The notes beneath the pieces were generated by a model. It did no database searches, was not told the DNA's origin, and worked only from the letters and a program-made list of their open reading frames with translations. Shown piece by piece: positions 1 to 8,380 of a stretch of DNA of 64,000 nucleotides. This DNA comes from Candidatus Poribacteria bacterium (GTDB taxonomy: Bacteria > Poribacteria > WGA-4E > WGA-3G), in NCBI GenBank assembly GCA_028818705.1, contig JAPPNJ010000194.1:10909-74908 (forward strand), written 5' to 3'. Position 1 is the first letter of the stretch; every line of letters begins with the position of its first letter. Made by a program: the position numbers and the translations under genes.

Positions 1-450
1 AACGCAACGGAATCGATAGATTCGCTCTTCAAGCGGCATCTGTTTGATTAAGTCGTCCACATCCAACGTCATCGGCTTTTCAACGAGTCCCGATATTTCG
101 ACCTCCCAAGGACGTGCTCTAAATTTTTTCACTTTTTGCCAAACACGACTTTTAGAAGTCGTAAATTCGTAGTAATTATTGTAAGTAGCAGCAACGACTT
201 CGTCAGTCATCTGTCTCTTTACGGTGAAGGCGGTGTTATTTTTCGCAGCAAGTTTTTGTGCTCGGTAGGGTACTAATTGCTTTTCAACGCCTCTCTCTTG
301 AGCGCAAGCATTTGAACCCGAAAACAGTAAGGTGCCTGCACTCGCCAAGCCCAAATCTTTGATGAATTTCCGACGATTGATATAGTCTGACTCAGATGTT
401 GCCTGATTTTCCGGGATTTCCCATTCCTTTGGAATCTTAATATATGGCAT
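1..450 (-). CDS. msrP: Protein-methionine-sulfoxide reductase catalytic subunit MsrP (YedY-type molybdoenzyme), N-terminal 150 aa. The ORF runs off the window start.
   Basis: Own translation from ATG 450..448, with AAGGAGG 8 nt upstream. The sequence is MPYIKIPKEWEIPENQ..INRRKFIKDLGLASAG (twin-Arg Tat signal) ..YNNYYEF..LEERIYRFRCV. It matches the YNNFYEF and LEERIYRxRCVE blocks of E. coli MsrP. It is absent from the ORF track because there is no stop in the window. Confidence 0.8.
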   Translation of the reverse strand, partial: MPYIKIPKEWEIPENQATSESDYINRRKFIKDLGLASAGTLLFSGSNACAQERGVEKQLVPYRAQKLAAKNNTAFTVKRQMTDEVVAATYNNYYEFTTSKSRVWQKVKKFRARPWEVEISGLVEKPMTLDVDDLIKQMPLEERIYRFRCV

Positions 451-760
451 GAGACCTGCCTCCTTTTCATTTAAACTGCAGCGGCTTGATCCAGTTATCT
501 ATTTTGTTTTCTAAAAAATAGAGCATGGCATTTTAGAATATCACAGACTTAGGTACGTGTGATATAGTATATCTCATTTCTATCTGCAATGCAACTGGAA
601 TTCTGATTTTTAGTAGGCGTTTAGCCGCCACAGTCCTATGGAATCTCCATAATGTAGTGTTCCTATAAGAAAACGATATGCATTCTTATGGAGTTGACCG
701 ATGCAATCTGCTATAGTTTAAAAAAGTAAAAAATAACACGTTAGGCTGTTTAGTTTTTTT

Positions 761-790
761 TTGCAACTTTTTTAGATTTTAGTGTATAAT
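761..790 (+). promoter_or_regulatory. Sigma70-like promoter (TTGCAA, 18-nt spacer, TATAAT) upstream of the metal-efflux locus
   Basis: TTGCAA lies at 761-766 and TATAAT at 785-790 in an AT-rich intergenic region. The first ORF of the locus starts at 849. Confidence 0.45.
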
Positions 791-848
791 ACCCTAAAGT
801 GTTTATTTGGTTCCTACTTTCTGACGAAACAGCGGAGTTTATTGAACA

Positions 849-1289
849 ATGTTGCAGAAACATCGACAAGTTCTCATTGTACTTCTGGGGCTTTTATACG
901 TTTATTCGATATGCCCATTCCTCTGTGCAACTTTAGAGCAGAAGTTTTGCCACGATGTGTCTCAAGAGGTCCTGAGTGAAAATACTGAAACTCACTCAAT
1001 CTGCTGCCAAAGTCCCAAAACAGGCGCAGCAGGTGACGCCGAGGTTCCATCAGAAAGCGGTAAGCCGTGTTGTTCAACTGATTTAGAACTTGTGATTCCA
1101 GACGACAGACACAGCTCGTCCGAGTTCCATGAATTAATCGGACAGTCTCTCGTCTCAATTCTTCCTATCTCAGCAACTTTACCTGTTGCACCGTCGGAAT
1201 CGTTCAAGAATTCCCCCGCACCCCTAACTTCCACGTTTTTCCCCGACCATCCTCTCTCCCATAGAGGTCCTCCGTTTATCCAGTGCTAA
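849..1289 (+). CDS. Hypothetical Cys-rich membrane-anchored or secreted protein (146 aa)
   Basis: It has an N-terminal hydrophobic segment (VLIVLLGLLYVYSICPFLC) and paired cysteines (CPFLC, HSICC, KPCC). It leads the Cus-type cluster. I recognised no family, and the RBS is weak. Confidence 0.45.
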   Translation: MLQKHRQVLIVLLGLLYVYSICPFLCATLEQKFCHDVSQEVLSENTETHSICCQSPKTGAAGDAEVPSESGKPCCSTDLELVIPDDRHSSSEFHELIGQSLVSILPISATLPVAPSESFKNSPAPLTSTFFPDHPLSHRGPPFIQC

Positions 1290-1405
1290 GTGAATTCCAC
1301 AAAAAATCTTAAGCACGCTCCTATTTCTTGTCCCATTACCTTTTTCATAGCGTTTTCCTGAGCTTTCTTTTCATGAGGGTTTACAAGGAGAACTGTTAAT
1401 CAACC

Positions 1406-1439
1406 TGTAGCGCGAGATTTCGTGTCTCGCCGCGCTACA
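1406..1439 (+). other. Strong GC-rich hairpin 12 nt upstream of ATG 1451 (TGTAGCGCG...CGCGCTACA). It could be an attenuator, a terminator or a REP-like palindrome.
   Basis: A 9-bp outer stem (1406-1414 with 1431-1439) is extended by a 3-bp inner stem and followed by CTACTTTTC. It belongs to the TGTAG-palindrome family seen elsewhere in the window. Confidence 0.4.
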
Positions 1440-1582
1440 CTACTTTTCAAATGAGAAAAATTACAATTATGAAAATACGTCTGTTTTTATACGCGATGTT
1501 GTTCAATTGGGTTTTTATCTCTCTCGGATTCGCACAAGAAAGTTGTCCCGCTTGAAGTAATCCTGTCTTACCGCCCAGCGGT

Positions 1583-2518
1583 ATGATGAGTGAAGTCAGT
1601 TTGGCTTCAAAAGAGATGGAACAATTTCGAGTAAATGTCAATATGTTGATGTCACCTGATGCACGAGGTGGACACCTTGCTTCAACAGGACTTTCACCGA
1701 CAGGACGGGTGGTGGATGTTCCTTTACATAGGCACCGTGTGACATTGAGTACTTACCGGGTTGATGTTGGATTACAATACCTGCTTAACGATCAATGGAC
1801 GCTGCAGGCAAATGTTCCGTACGCTGTCAAAGACCAAGACGCAAGTATTGAATGGATAGATTCGGTAAGTTCTGAGGAGGAGCAAGCCATTTTACGGAGT
1901 CGGGATATTCATCATCGAGATGAAACCTATACCGGGCTTGCCGATTCAGATCTGTTTTTAGGTTATAAAATTCGTGGACTCTTTAGAACGGGTGACATAT
2001 TAATTACTCGGTTAGGCACGACGATTCCAACCGGCAGAACCGAGGAAAACCCGTGGAAACTTGGAGATGCAGGTATTGAACACCTCCATATCCAGTTCGG
2101 GACTGGGACCTTTAATCCCATTGCTAATCTGCGATACAGTCTACCACTCTACCGAGGTGTGACTATTACTGCTTCCGCACGTGGGACGTTTCCGTTCTAT
2201 GAAAATAGCAAGACTTATCGGGGGCCAGTAGAGTTAAGCTATACGGCTGGCTTTACGTATCGGCTTTTCGATTCGCTTTCGTTTAACGGGAACTATCTCG
2301 GATTTTATCAATCCGCTGCCGCTTGGGCTGGCGAGCGCGATATCAATACCGGATTGCGTTACAGCATGGCGGCATTGGGTATGTCCTTGGCAACGTTAGA
2401 TGGTATTGTCGTGTCCGCGAACGTTATGTTTCCGTTGACGCAAGAAACGCTTTATGATCAAGGTGATGCGATTGAATTTGGCAATTTGGTTTCTTTGACC
2501 ACAACCTATTCATTTTAA
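1583..2518 (+). CDS. Outer-membrane beta-barrel protein. Its signal peptide lies upstream (1451-1552) in the same frame, separated by an in-frame TGA at 1553-1555.
   Basis: The sequence has an alternating amphipathic beta-strand pattern and ends in ...TTTYSF, a terminal aromatic typical of barrel OMPs. The tracked ORF lacks a signal peptide. The upstream in-frame segment MRKITIMKIRLFLYAMLFNWVFISLGFA/QESCPA is a canonical Sec signal. Confidence 0.6.
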   Translation: MMSEVSLASKEMEQFRVNVNMLMSPDARGGHLASTGLSPTGRVVDVPLHRHRVTLSTYRVDVGLQYLLNDQWTLQANVPYAVKDQDASIEWIDSVSSEEEQAILRSRDIHHRDETYTGLADSDLFLGYKIRGLFRTGDILITRLGTTIPTGRTEENPWKLGDAGIEHLHIQFGTGTFNPIANLRYSLPLYRGVTITASARGTFPFYENSKTYRGPVELSYTAGFTYRLFDSLSFNGNYLGFYQSAAAWAGERDINTGLRYSMAALGMSLATLDGIVVSANVMFPLTQETLYDQGDAIEFGNLVSLTTTYSF

Positions 2519-2649
2519 TTTCGCAGAAGGGCAAACACAATCTAAGCATTTCACGTTTTTCTATTTTGCGTTCTACGAGAAGGTTTACTTATCTGTCTTG
2601 CGTAGAAGAACCCTACAACCAGTAAGGCAGAATAAAAAAGGAGTATAGT

Positions 2650-3282
2650 ATGAACACGAAATTAACGCGACGCATCGTCGCATCTTTCTTAGCAATTGCT
2701 GTCGTGATGCTGTTCTCAGTTTTTTCGCTTAATGCAGAGGACGCTCACAAAGAGCATAGTGCCCATCATCACGGCGATCACATGGCAGCGGATGATGAAA
2801 AAGTGCGCTGCGCAGTTGACGGCATGATGATGAAGCCTTCGGCAATGGTCAAGGTCGAACAGGATGGAAAAGCCTACTATTTCTGCAACGACATGCAGGC
2901 AGAAATGTTCAAGGCGAATCCAGATAAGTTCCTCCAAACAATCTCCGTGGGAAGTTTGACGTTTGATCTCAATGTGTTAACTACGGAGGCCTACGAAATG
3001 ATGATGTCTCACATGGGAATGGGAGGCATGATAAAAGCCGATGCGATTAAGGGAAAAACACACTATTTCAGTGTGTACCCGATACAAGATCACGGGGAGA
3101 TCGAGTTAGGCGATGTTAAACTCGCCCTTCAGGTTACCAATGTCGAAGGCGAGACGAAAATGGCATTGCTGAAATATAGCAAGATGTCACGCACCTACGA
3201 GGGGTTCATTGCTATGCCAAAAGGTGAAGAACATGAGGTTCGCATCCGTGTGACAAGCCCTGCTGTCAAGATTTCACTTTAG
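2650..3282 (+). CDS. Periplasmic YHS/TRASH-like metal-binding protein with a His/Met-rich N-terminus and an Ig-like (YtkA/FixH-like) C-terminal domain
   Basis: It has a signal peptide, then HKEHSAHHHGDHM, then a YHS-like block (VRCAVDGMMMK..GKAYYFCNDMQAEMFKANPDKF) and Met clusters (MMMSHMGMGGM). Confidence 0.7.
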   Translation: MNTKLTRRIVASFLAIAVVMLFSVFSLNAEDAHKEHSAHHHGDHMAADDEKVRCAVDGMMMKPSAMVKVEQDGKAYYFCNDMQAEMFKANPDKFLQTISVGSLTFDLNVLTTEAYEMMMSHMGMGGMIKADAIKGKTHYFSVYPIQDHGEIELGDVKLALQVTNVEGETKMALLKYSKMSRTYEGFIAMPKGEEHEVRIRVTSPAVKISL

Positions 3283-3285
3283 AAT

Positions 3286-3411
3286 GGTTGTCAGTTATCG
3301 GTGGTTGGTTATCGGTGAAGAGGTTTTCGCTAACAAGGGAAATCTACAGAAACACCCAAGCAAAAATACCGTCTTGTAACCGACGACCGACAACCGATGA
3401 CCGATAACCAC
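3286..3411. repeat. Inverted pair of degenerate decamer arrays (GGTTRTCRGT x3 at 3286-3317; complement AACCGAYRAC x3 at 3377-3411)
   Basis: Read directly from the sequence. The A/C-rich arm abuts the AAGGAG RBS of the TolC gene. Related arrays occur at 8381-8414, 12844-12864, 16459-16486, 62751-62784 and 62815-62830. Confidence 0.8.
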
Positions 3412-3424
3412 TAAGGAGACCATA

Positions 3425-4777
3425 ATGCGTGAAATTAGTTTACTCCATCAAGTAACAGCAATTGTTATCGGCATCATGCTGGCGTTGGGCATTCTGATGC
3501 AAACGGAAGCATACGGAATGATTCAGACAGCGTCAACCGTAGAACAGACTGATGTGACAGCCTTGTTCGCTGAAACTCTTGAATTGCCGAGCTTAATTCA
3601 GGTTGCTGTCGCGCGAAGTCCAAAGATCAGCGCTGCAAAGGCACGGTGGCAAGCGACAGTTGAGCAGTACCCACAAGTGACGGCATTGCCCGATCCGATG
3701 TTCATGTATGGCTACTACATGCGAAGCGTGGAGACACGGGTCGGACCTCAACGCCATCGGGTCAGTTTTTCACAAACATTTCCATATCCGGGTACGCTTG
3801 ATGCAGCTGGGGAAGTTGTTAAAAAGGCAATTGAGATTGAGCGTGTGAAGCATGAGCAGGTGATACGAGATCTCATTGTTGAACTGAAATTGAGTTACCA
3901 CGAATTGGCATACCTCCAACGCGCAGTTGAGTTGACACAACAAAATCACGATCTGATAGCTTCTATTCTCACGATTGCTACTGCGCGCTATGCCGAAGGG
4001 AAAGCGGGACTCAATGATGTGCTGAAGGCGCAAAGCCAACTCGCACAATTGGAATACGATCTTATCCTGCTGAGGGAATTACAACTCGTTGAACAGGCAA
4101 ACATCAAGGGGATCCTATCCATGCCTTCAACAACCTCGCTTGGTACGACGGTTCCTGTTGCGTACGAACCGCTTGATGTGACGTTAGCCGATATTGAAAA
4201 ACAAGCATTATCAAAACGACAAGAGTTGCGAATTGCGGAGTTAACCATCGAGAAAGCCACCAAAGGGATTGCCCTTGCCGAGTTCCAAACCAAGCCCATG
4301 CTCAAGTTTGACCTAATGACAGTAGAAACAGGTAAAGCCTTGATGTTCGACACACCCGGCAGTGGTAAAAACCCGTTTAGCATCGGGTTTGGTGTGACAA
4401 TTCCGTGGTCAAGTTTGAAGAACAGCAGCAAAGTTCGCGAGGCACAACAAAATCGCGAGACTGTCACAGCGAACAAGCGCGCCTTGGAGGACGAAACGAA
4501 AGTTGCCCTCCAGAAAGTTTACTTTCGGCTTGAAAACGCGCGGCGCCTGATCGAACTCTATGAAACCACGCTTATTCCGCAGGCTGGGGCTGCTATTGAA
4601 GTTGCTGAGACATGGCATCAAGAAGGACCCAAGAGCATCACAGGATTTCTTGAGACACAAAGTGTTTGGCTGAATTTTAATCTTGCGCGCCTACGTGCAA
4701 CTGCGGACTATCAACAGAATGTAGCTCGGTTGGAACGTCTCGTTGGAGGAAAGATCGATGATTCACACATTCAGTAG
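3425..4777 (+). CDS. TolC-family outer membrane efflux protein (CusC-like), copy 1
   Basis: It has a signal peptide and two repeats of the OEP-type coiled-coil/barrel pattern (LSLPSLIQVAVARSPKI..., LKAQSQLAQLEYDLILL, ADYQQNVARLERLVG). Confidence 0.85.
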   Translation: MREISLLHQVTAIVIGIMLALGILMQTEAYGMIQTASTVEQTDVTALFAETLELPSLIQVAVARSPKISAAKARWQATVEQYPQVTALPDPMFMYGYYMRSVETRVGPQRHRVSFSQTFPYPGTLDAAGEVVKKAIEIERVKHEQVIRDLIVELKLSYHELAYLQRAVELTQQNHDLIASILTIATARYAEGKAGLNDVLKAQSQLAQLEYDLILLRELQLVEQANIKGILSMPSTTSLGTTVPVAYEPLDVTLADIEKQALSKRQELRIAELTIEKATKGIALAEFQTKPMLKFDLMTVETGKALMFDTPGSGKNPFSIGFGVTIPWSSLKNSSKVREAQQNRETVTANKRALEDETKVALQKVYFRLENARRLIELYETTLIPQAGAAIEVAETWHQEGPKSITGFLETQSVWLNFNLARLRATADYQQNVARLERLVGGKIDDSHIQ

Positions 4778-6353
4778 TTATCAGTCAGCCATTAAAATCG
4801 CTCTCATAATGCTCGCTGTTTTGGTAGGCGGATGTGCGAGTCAGCGATTGGAAACGTACCAAGCGTTGCGCGGCACTGAGGTCCAACGACCGGTATATTA
4901 CTACACCGAAGTCGAAACAGAGGCTTCCGATACGGCAAGCGGACCGACCGTGGAACCAGATCCGTTTCTCAGCGAGATTGAAGCGAAGGTGTTGAAGTAC
5001 CAGAAACAGTGGCAGGCACAATTGGAAAGTGAAACACCGATGCCAAACCTGTTTTACGATCTTTCGGCAGACACTATGAAAGCCTATCGAGAATTGGCAG
5101 CCTCCCCCGAAGATGCGAAAGCCAGACTTGCGCAACCGATTAGTTTAGAACTCCTTGTGGCACTTGGATACGAGTGGAACCCGGGGTTGAAATCTGCTCG
5201 TGAAAAAATTTGGGCGGTCCTGGAGCAATATCCGCAAGCCGTCTACTTAGAGAATGTGTTGCGTCAATATAACGCTTTCACAAAACAACTTGATACAAAA
5301 GTTGGACCGTTGACCCATAAAGAGATGATCGCAATGAAATTTCCGTTCCCAGGGACCTTGGCGTTGAAAGGGCAGGTTATTACTGAAGATGTGCTAATCG
5401 CCCAAAAAGAATTCGAGATCGTCCTACGGAATTTGGTAACCGAGATCAAATTAGCTTACTACGATTATCTTTTTGTCGTTGAGACAATCCATATTAACAA
5501 AGAAAATCAGGAATTATTGCAGCAGATGATTGCTATTGCGCAGGCGAAGTTTCGTGTCGGGCAAGGCAAATATTCAAACGTCATTATGGCGCAGGTGGAG
5601 TTATCGAAGTTGGCGAACGTGATTATTACGCTTGAACAACAACGGGAAACTATCATAGCGCGTCTTAATACGTTATTGAACACTTCAGCAGATTTGCCGT
5701 TAGGAATGCCTATACCACTTGAAAAGGAACGTATTATATCTACTTTGGATGAGTTGTATGAATTGGCAATTCAGAAACGTCAAGAAATCCAAAAACAGAA
5801 ATTGGCAATCACTAAAATGGGCTTGGTTGTTGAAATGGCAAAGCAAATGACCTATCCTGACCCGACGCTCGGTTCAAGCTACTTTGAAAACCGGAGCATA
5901 GGCGAATTAAAACACACAGAAAAAATGCCAATGACTTTTATGACGCAACGCACATTAAATCCGACAAATACAGCGTGGTTCGGCCACCGAAATTCCTACA
6001 TCCATGAAATGGGTGTAAAAATTGAGGCAATAGAGCATCGAATTGAAGAACTTGAGAGCAGTCTCCGCTTTGTTGTGAAAAAACATCATTTTGGAATGGA
6101 AACCGCGAATCGGAGTATTCGTCTCTATCGCCAGACACTGCTTTCACAAGCACGGCAAGCATTGAGTGCCGCGAATACAGCATATCAGGCAGCGCAAATC
6201 GACTTTTTGAGTTTCCTTGATGCCCAGCGCACTTTGTTAAATTTGAGGATTGAAGAACAGCGAGCATTGCGTGATTATCACCAACACCTCGCACAGTTAG
6301 AACAGGCAGTTGGCATGATATTGCCCAAACAACCACTGGTCCGAAATTTTTAA
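4758..6353 (+). CDS. TolC-family outer membrane efflux lipoprotein, copy 2
   Basis: ATG 4758 is preceded by GGAGGA (4745-4750). A lipobox (LVGGC) and OEP repeats (LIAQKEFEIVLRNLVTEIKLAYYDY; RALRDYHQHLAQLEQAVG) are present. The track start at 4743 is a TTG. Confidence 0.8.
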   Translation: MIHTFSSYQSAIKIALIMLAVLVGGCASQRLETYQALRGTEVQRPVYYYTEVETEASDTASGPTVEPDPFLSEIEAKVLKYQKQWQAQLESETPMPNLFYDLSADTMKAYRELAASPEDAKARLAQPISLELLVALGYEWNPGLKSAREKIWAVLEQYPQAVYLENVLRQYNAFTKQLDTKVGPLTHKEMIAMKFPFPGTLALKGQVITEDVLIAQKEFEIVLRNLVTEIKLAYYDYLFVVETIHINKENQELLQQMIAIAQAKFRVGQGKYSNVIMAQVELSKLANVIITLEQQRETIIARLNTLLNTSADLPLGMPIPLEKERIISTLDELYELAIQKRQEIQKQKLAITKMGLVVEMAKQMTYPDPTLGSSYFENRSIGELKHTEKMPMTFMTQRTLNPTNTAWFGHRNSYIHEMGVKIEAIEHRIEELESSLRFVVKKHHFGMETANRSIRLYRQTLLSQARQALSAANTAYQAAQIDFLSFLDAQRTLLNLRIEEQRALRDYHQHLAQLEQAVGMILPKQPLVRNF

Positions 6354-6432
6354 TTTATTAAATATGAACGTTGTTCCTCTATTCTCACTGCGAAGCAATT
6401 TCCCCTATGGGATTCAAGAAGGAGTTCACAGA

Positions 6433-8298
6433 ATGCTTAAAAATTTCTACCTCGCAACCACACTGATGCTTATTGTGTTTTTCATATTCGGTTGTGGTCA
6501 GCAAGAGAAACCTGAGATGAAGCATAGTGTTAGTGAAAAACGTGAAACGCTATCAGAGGACATATCCGGTATGGATGAACATGCTGATCATGCACCAACT
6601 GAAAAACGTGAAACTCCATCGGCGGACGCATCAAGCATGGATGAACAGACCGACCATGCCCCGATGGTAGCATCTTCAGATGGCACAAAAACAATCCGGT
6701 ACTGGACTTGTGTTATGCATCCTACGGTCAAGATGCCAGAACCCAGCAGTTGTCCAGTTTGTAAGATGGATCTAATTCCGATCTACGAGGGTTCAGGATT
6801 GGAGCTAACTGAACAACAGAAAGCATTGATTCCAATCCGTACTGAACCTGTCGCTTTCCGAGAGGTTTCGCGTGAAATCCGAACTGTCGGTGTTCTGGAT
6901 TATAATGAGACACGCATGGCTTACGCTTCAACACGAATTTCTGGGTGGATTGAGGACTTGCACATTGATTTCACAGGTATCAACGTGCGTGAAGGCGATG
7001 AGCTCTTGTCCATCTACAGTCCGGAATTGGTCACGGCACAAGAAGAATATTTGACAGCACTTAAAAGTATTGAGGAACTTCAAAATACAGAATACGCAGA
7101 ACTGCGCAGATCCGTTGAACAGACCCTTGCCGCTGCAAAATCCAAACTTGAATTGTATGGATTAACCTTAAGTCAGATTGAAGATATTCGCAACCGTGGA
7201 GAAGTCAGTACGACCTTGCCGCTGTTTGCACCGATGGCTGGGACTGTGGTTCACATGAACGTCACGCAAGGTCAACACGTGAACAAGGGTATGAACCTTT
7301 ACCACATTGCCGACCTTAATAGTTTATGGATTATGGCGGACGTTTACGAATATGAGCTGCCATGGATCTACATGGGGCAGGCAGTTGAAATTGCTGCACA
7401 ATCAATGCCGGGGCAGACATTTTCTGGTAAAGTCACCTACATTTACCCCTTCTTTGACACACAAACGCGAACCCAGAAAGTCCAAATAGAAGTCCCCAAT
7501 CCGACCGGACGACTCCGTCCAGGAATGTACGTGACGCTTCAAATAAAACCGACACTTGCAGAAATCTATACCCAAGGTGCCATCTCAAAAGCACCCTATG
7601 CATGTCCAATGCATCCATGGATTACTTCTGATCATCCCACTGAGTGTGAGATATGTGGTATGGATCTGGAGCCAACACATTCCGATATCATTGAATCTGA
7701 ATCGGCATCTGAAACAGAGGGAAAGTGGGTCTGTCCGATGCATCCCGAGGTGCAGTCTGATGATTTCGGGGAGTGTCCTATCTGCGGTATGGATCTTGTT
7801 GAAAAACAGTCAATAACGGGAACTGGGGAACATTCGCACGCGCACCAATCATTGGCTGCGCCTACGATCCGTACAGATCAGCCGCCGTTGATTTTCAAAT
7901 ACGAATGTCCTGACCATCCCGATGAGTATGCGACTGTTCCGGGGCTGTGTCCACGTGATGGAAAACCCCTCCGCATGACGGGTGAAGTCCTAACTGTACC
8001 GAAAAGCGCAATCATTGACACCGGTTTACGAAAAATAGTCTTTGTGGATCGCGACGAATCCGGTTATGAGCAAGTCGAAGTCGAAGTAGGTCCCGAGGCT
8101 TGGGGACCATCAGCCGACTCAGAAACCAAACGTCGATACTATCCAATTGTGAGCGGACTTACGCCTGGCGATAGGGTCGTCACCCACGGCAACTTCCTGA
8201 TAGATTCGCAGACGCAATTAACAGGCTCGGCATCCGGTGCTTATAGCGGTGCGCTCGGCGGTGAAGAAGAATCAAAACCCCCTGTCCATCAACATTAA
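6433..8298 (+). CDS. cusB: CusB-like RND periplasmic adaptor (membrane fusion lipoprotein) carrying four HMBD-type Cys motifs
   Basis: ATG 6433 follows AAGGAG, and a lipobox (FIFGCG) is present. MFP barrel-sandwich/beta-barrel blocks are visible (PLFAPMAGTVVHMNV, LWIMADVYE, RPGMYV). The four Cys motifs are listed in the findings. Confidence 0.85.
   Translation: MLKNFYLATTLMLIVFFIFGCGQQEKPEMKHSVSEKRETLSEDISGMDEHADHAPTEKRETPSADASSMDEQTDHAPMVASSDGTKTIRYWTCVMHPTVKMPEPSSCPVCKMDLIPIYEGSGLELTEQQKALIPIRTEPVAFREVSREIRTVGVLDYNETRMAYASTRISGWIEDLHIDFTGINVREGDELLSIYSPELVTAQEEYLTALKSIEELQNTEYAELRRSVEQTLAAAKSKLELYGLTLSQIEDIRNRGEVSTTLPLFAPMAGTVVHMNVTQGQHVNKGMNLYHIADLNSLWIMADVYEYELPWIYMGQAVEIAAQSMPGQTFSGKVTYIYPFFDTQTRTQKVQIEVPNPTGRLRPGMYVTLQIKPTLAEIYTQGAISKAPYACPMHPWITSDHPTECEICGMDLEPTHSDIIESESASETEGKWVCPMHPEVQSDDFGECPICGMDLVEKQSITGTGEHSHAHQSLAAPTIRTDQPPLIFKYECPDHPDEYATVPGLCPRDGKPLRMTGEVLTVPKSAIIDTGLRKIVFVDRDESGYEQVEVEVGPEAWGPSADSETKRRYYPIVSGLTPGDRVVTHGNFLIDSQTQLTGSASGAYSGALGGEEESKPPVHQH
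6535..6666 (+). repeat. Perfectly phased 2 x 66-nt tandem repeat inside cusB, encoding two 22-aa Asp/Glu/His/Met-rich units
   Basis: Unit 1 is 6535-6600 (EKRETLSEDISGMDEHADHAPT). Unit 2 is 6601-6666 (EKRETPSADASSMDEQTDHAPM). Confidence 0.9.
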
Positions 8299-8380
8299 GG
8301 AGGCGTCAGTTGTTAGTACGGATTTTTTCCAAGATCCTTTCAGGCATCAGATAAGAGGCGTTGTTAAACGAAAATCTCTT

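Noticed and set aside
273-470. 65-aa minus-strand ORF in the track
   Set aside because: It is a shadow frame of the msrP 5' region. The real frame starts at ATG 450 with a strong RBS and gives clear MsrP/Tat-signal motifs.
1553-1555. Global reassignment of TGA (genetic code 4 or 25) to explain the in-frame TGA
   Set aside because: TGA ends several well-supported genes here, with stops at 34189-34191, 51232-51234 and 52889-52891. A genome-wide recoding is therefore not supported; only local recoding or a nonsense mutation remains.
3286-3411. Possible CRISPR array (short repeated units), also at 8381-8414 and 62751-62830
   Set aside because: The units are only 7-10 nt, degenerate and contiguous, with no spacers. 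No cas genes are nearby. They are treated as a decamer repeat family instead.
3988-4476. Long antisense ORFs inside large genes (also 9481-9768, 11716-12000, 24382-24843, 33048-33566, 55237-55725, 56620-57072, 58951-59490)
   Set aside because: They lie fully inside strongly supported genes on the opposite strand. They have no RBS or recognisable motifs and show low-complexity compositions typical of shadow frames.
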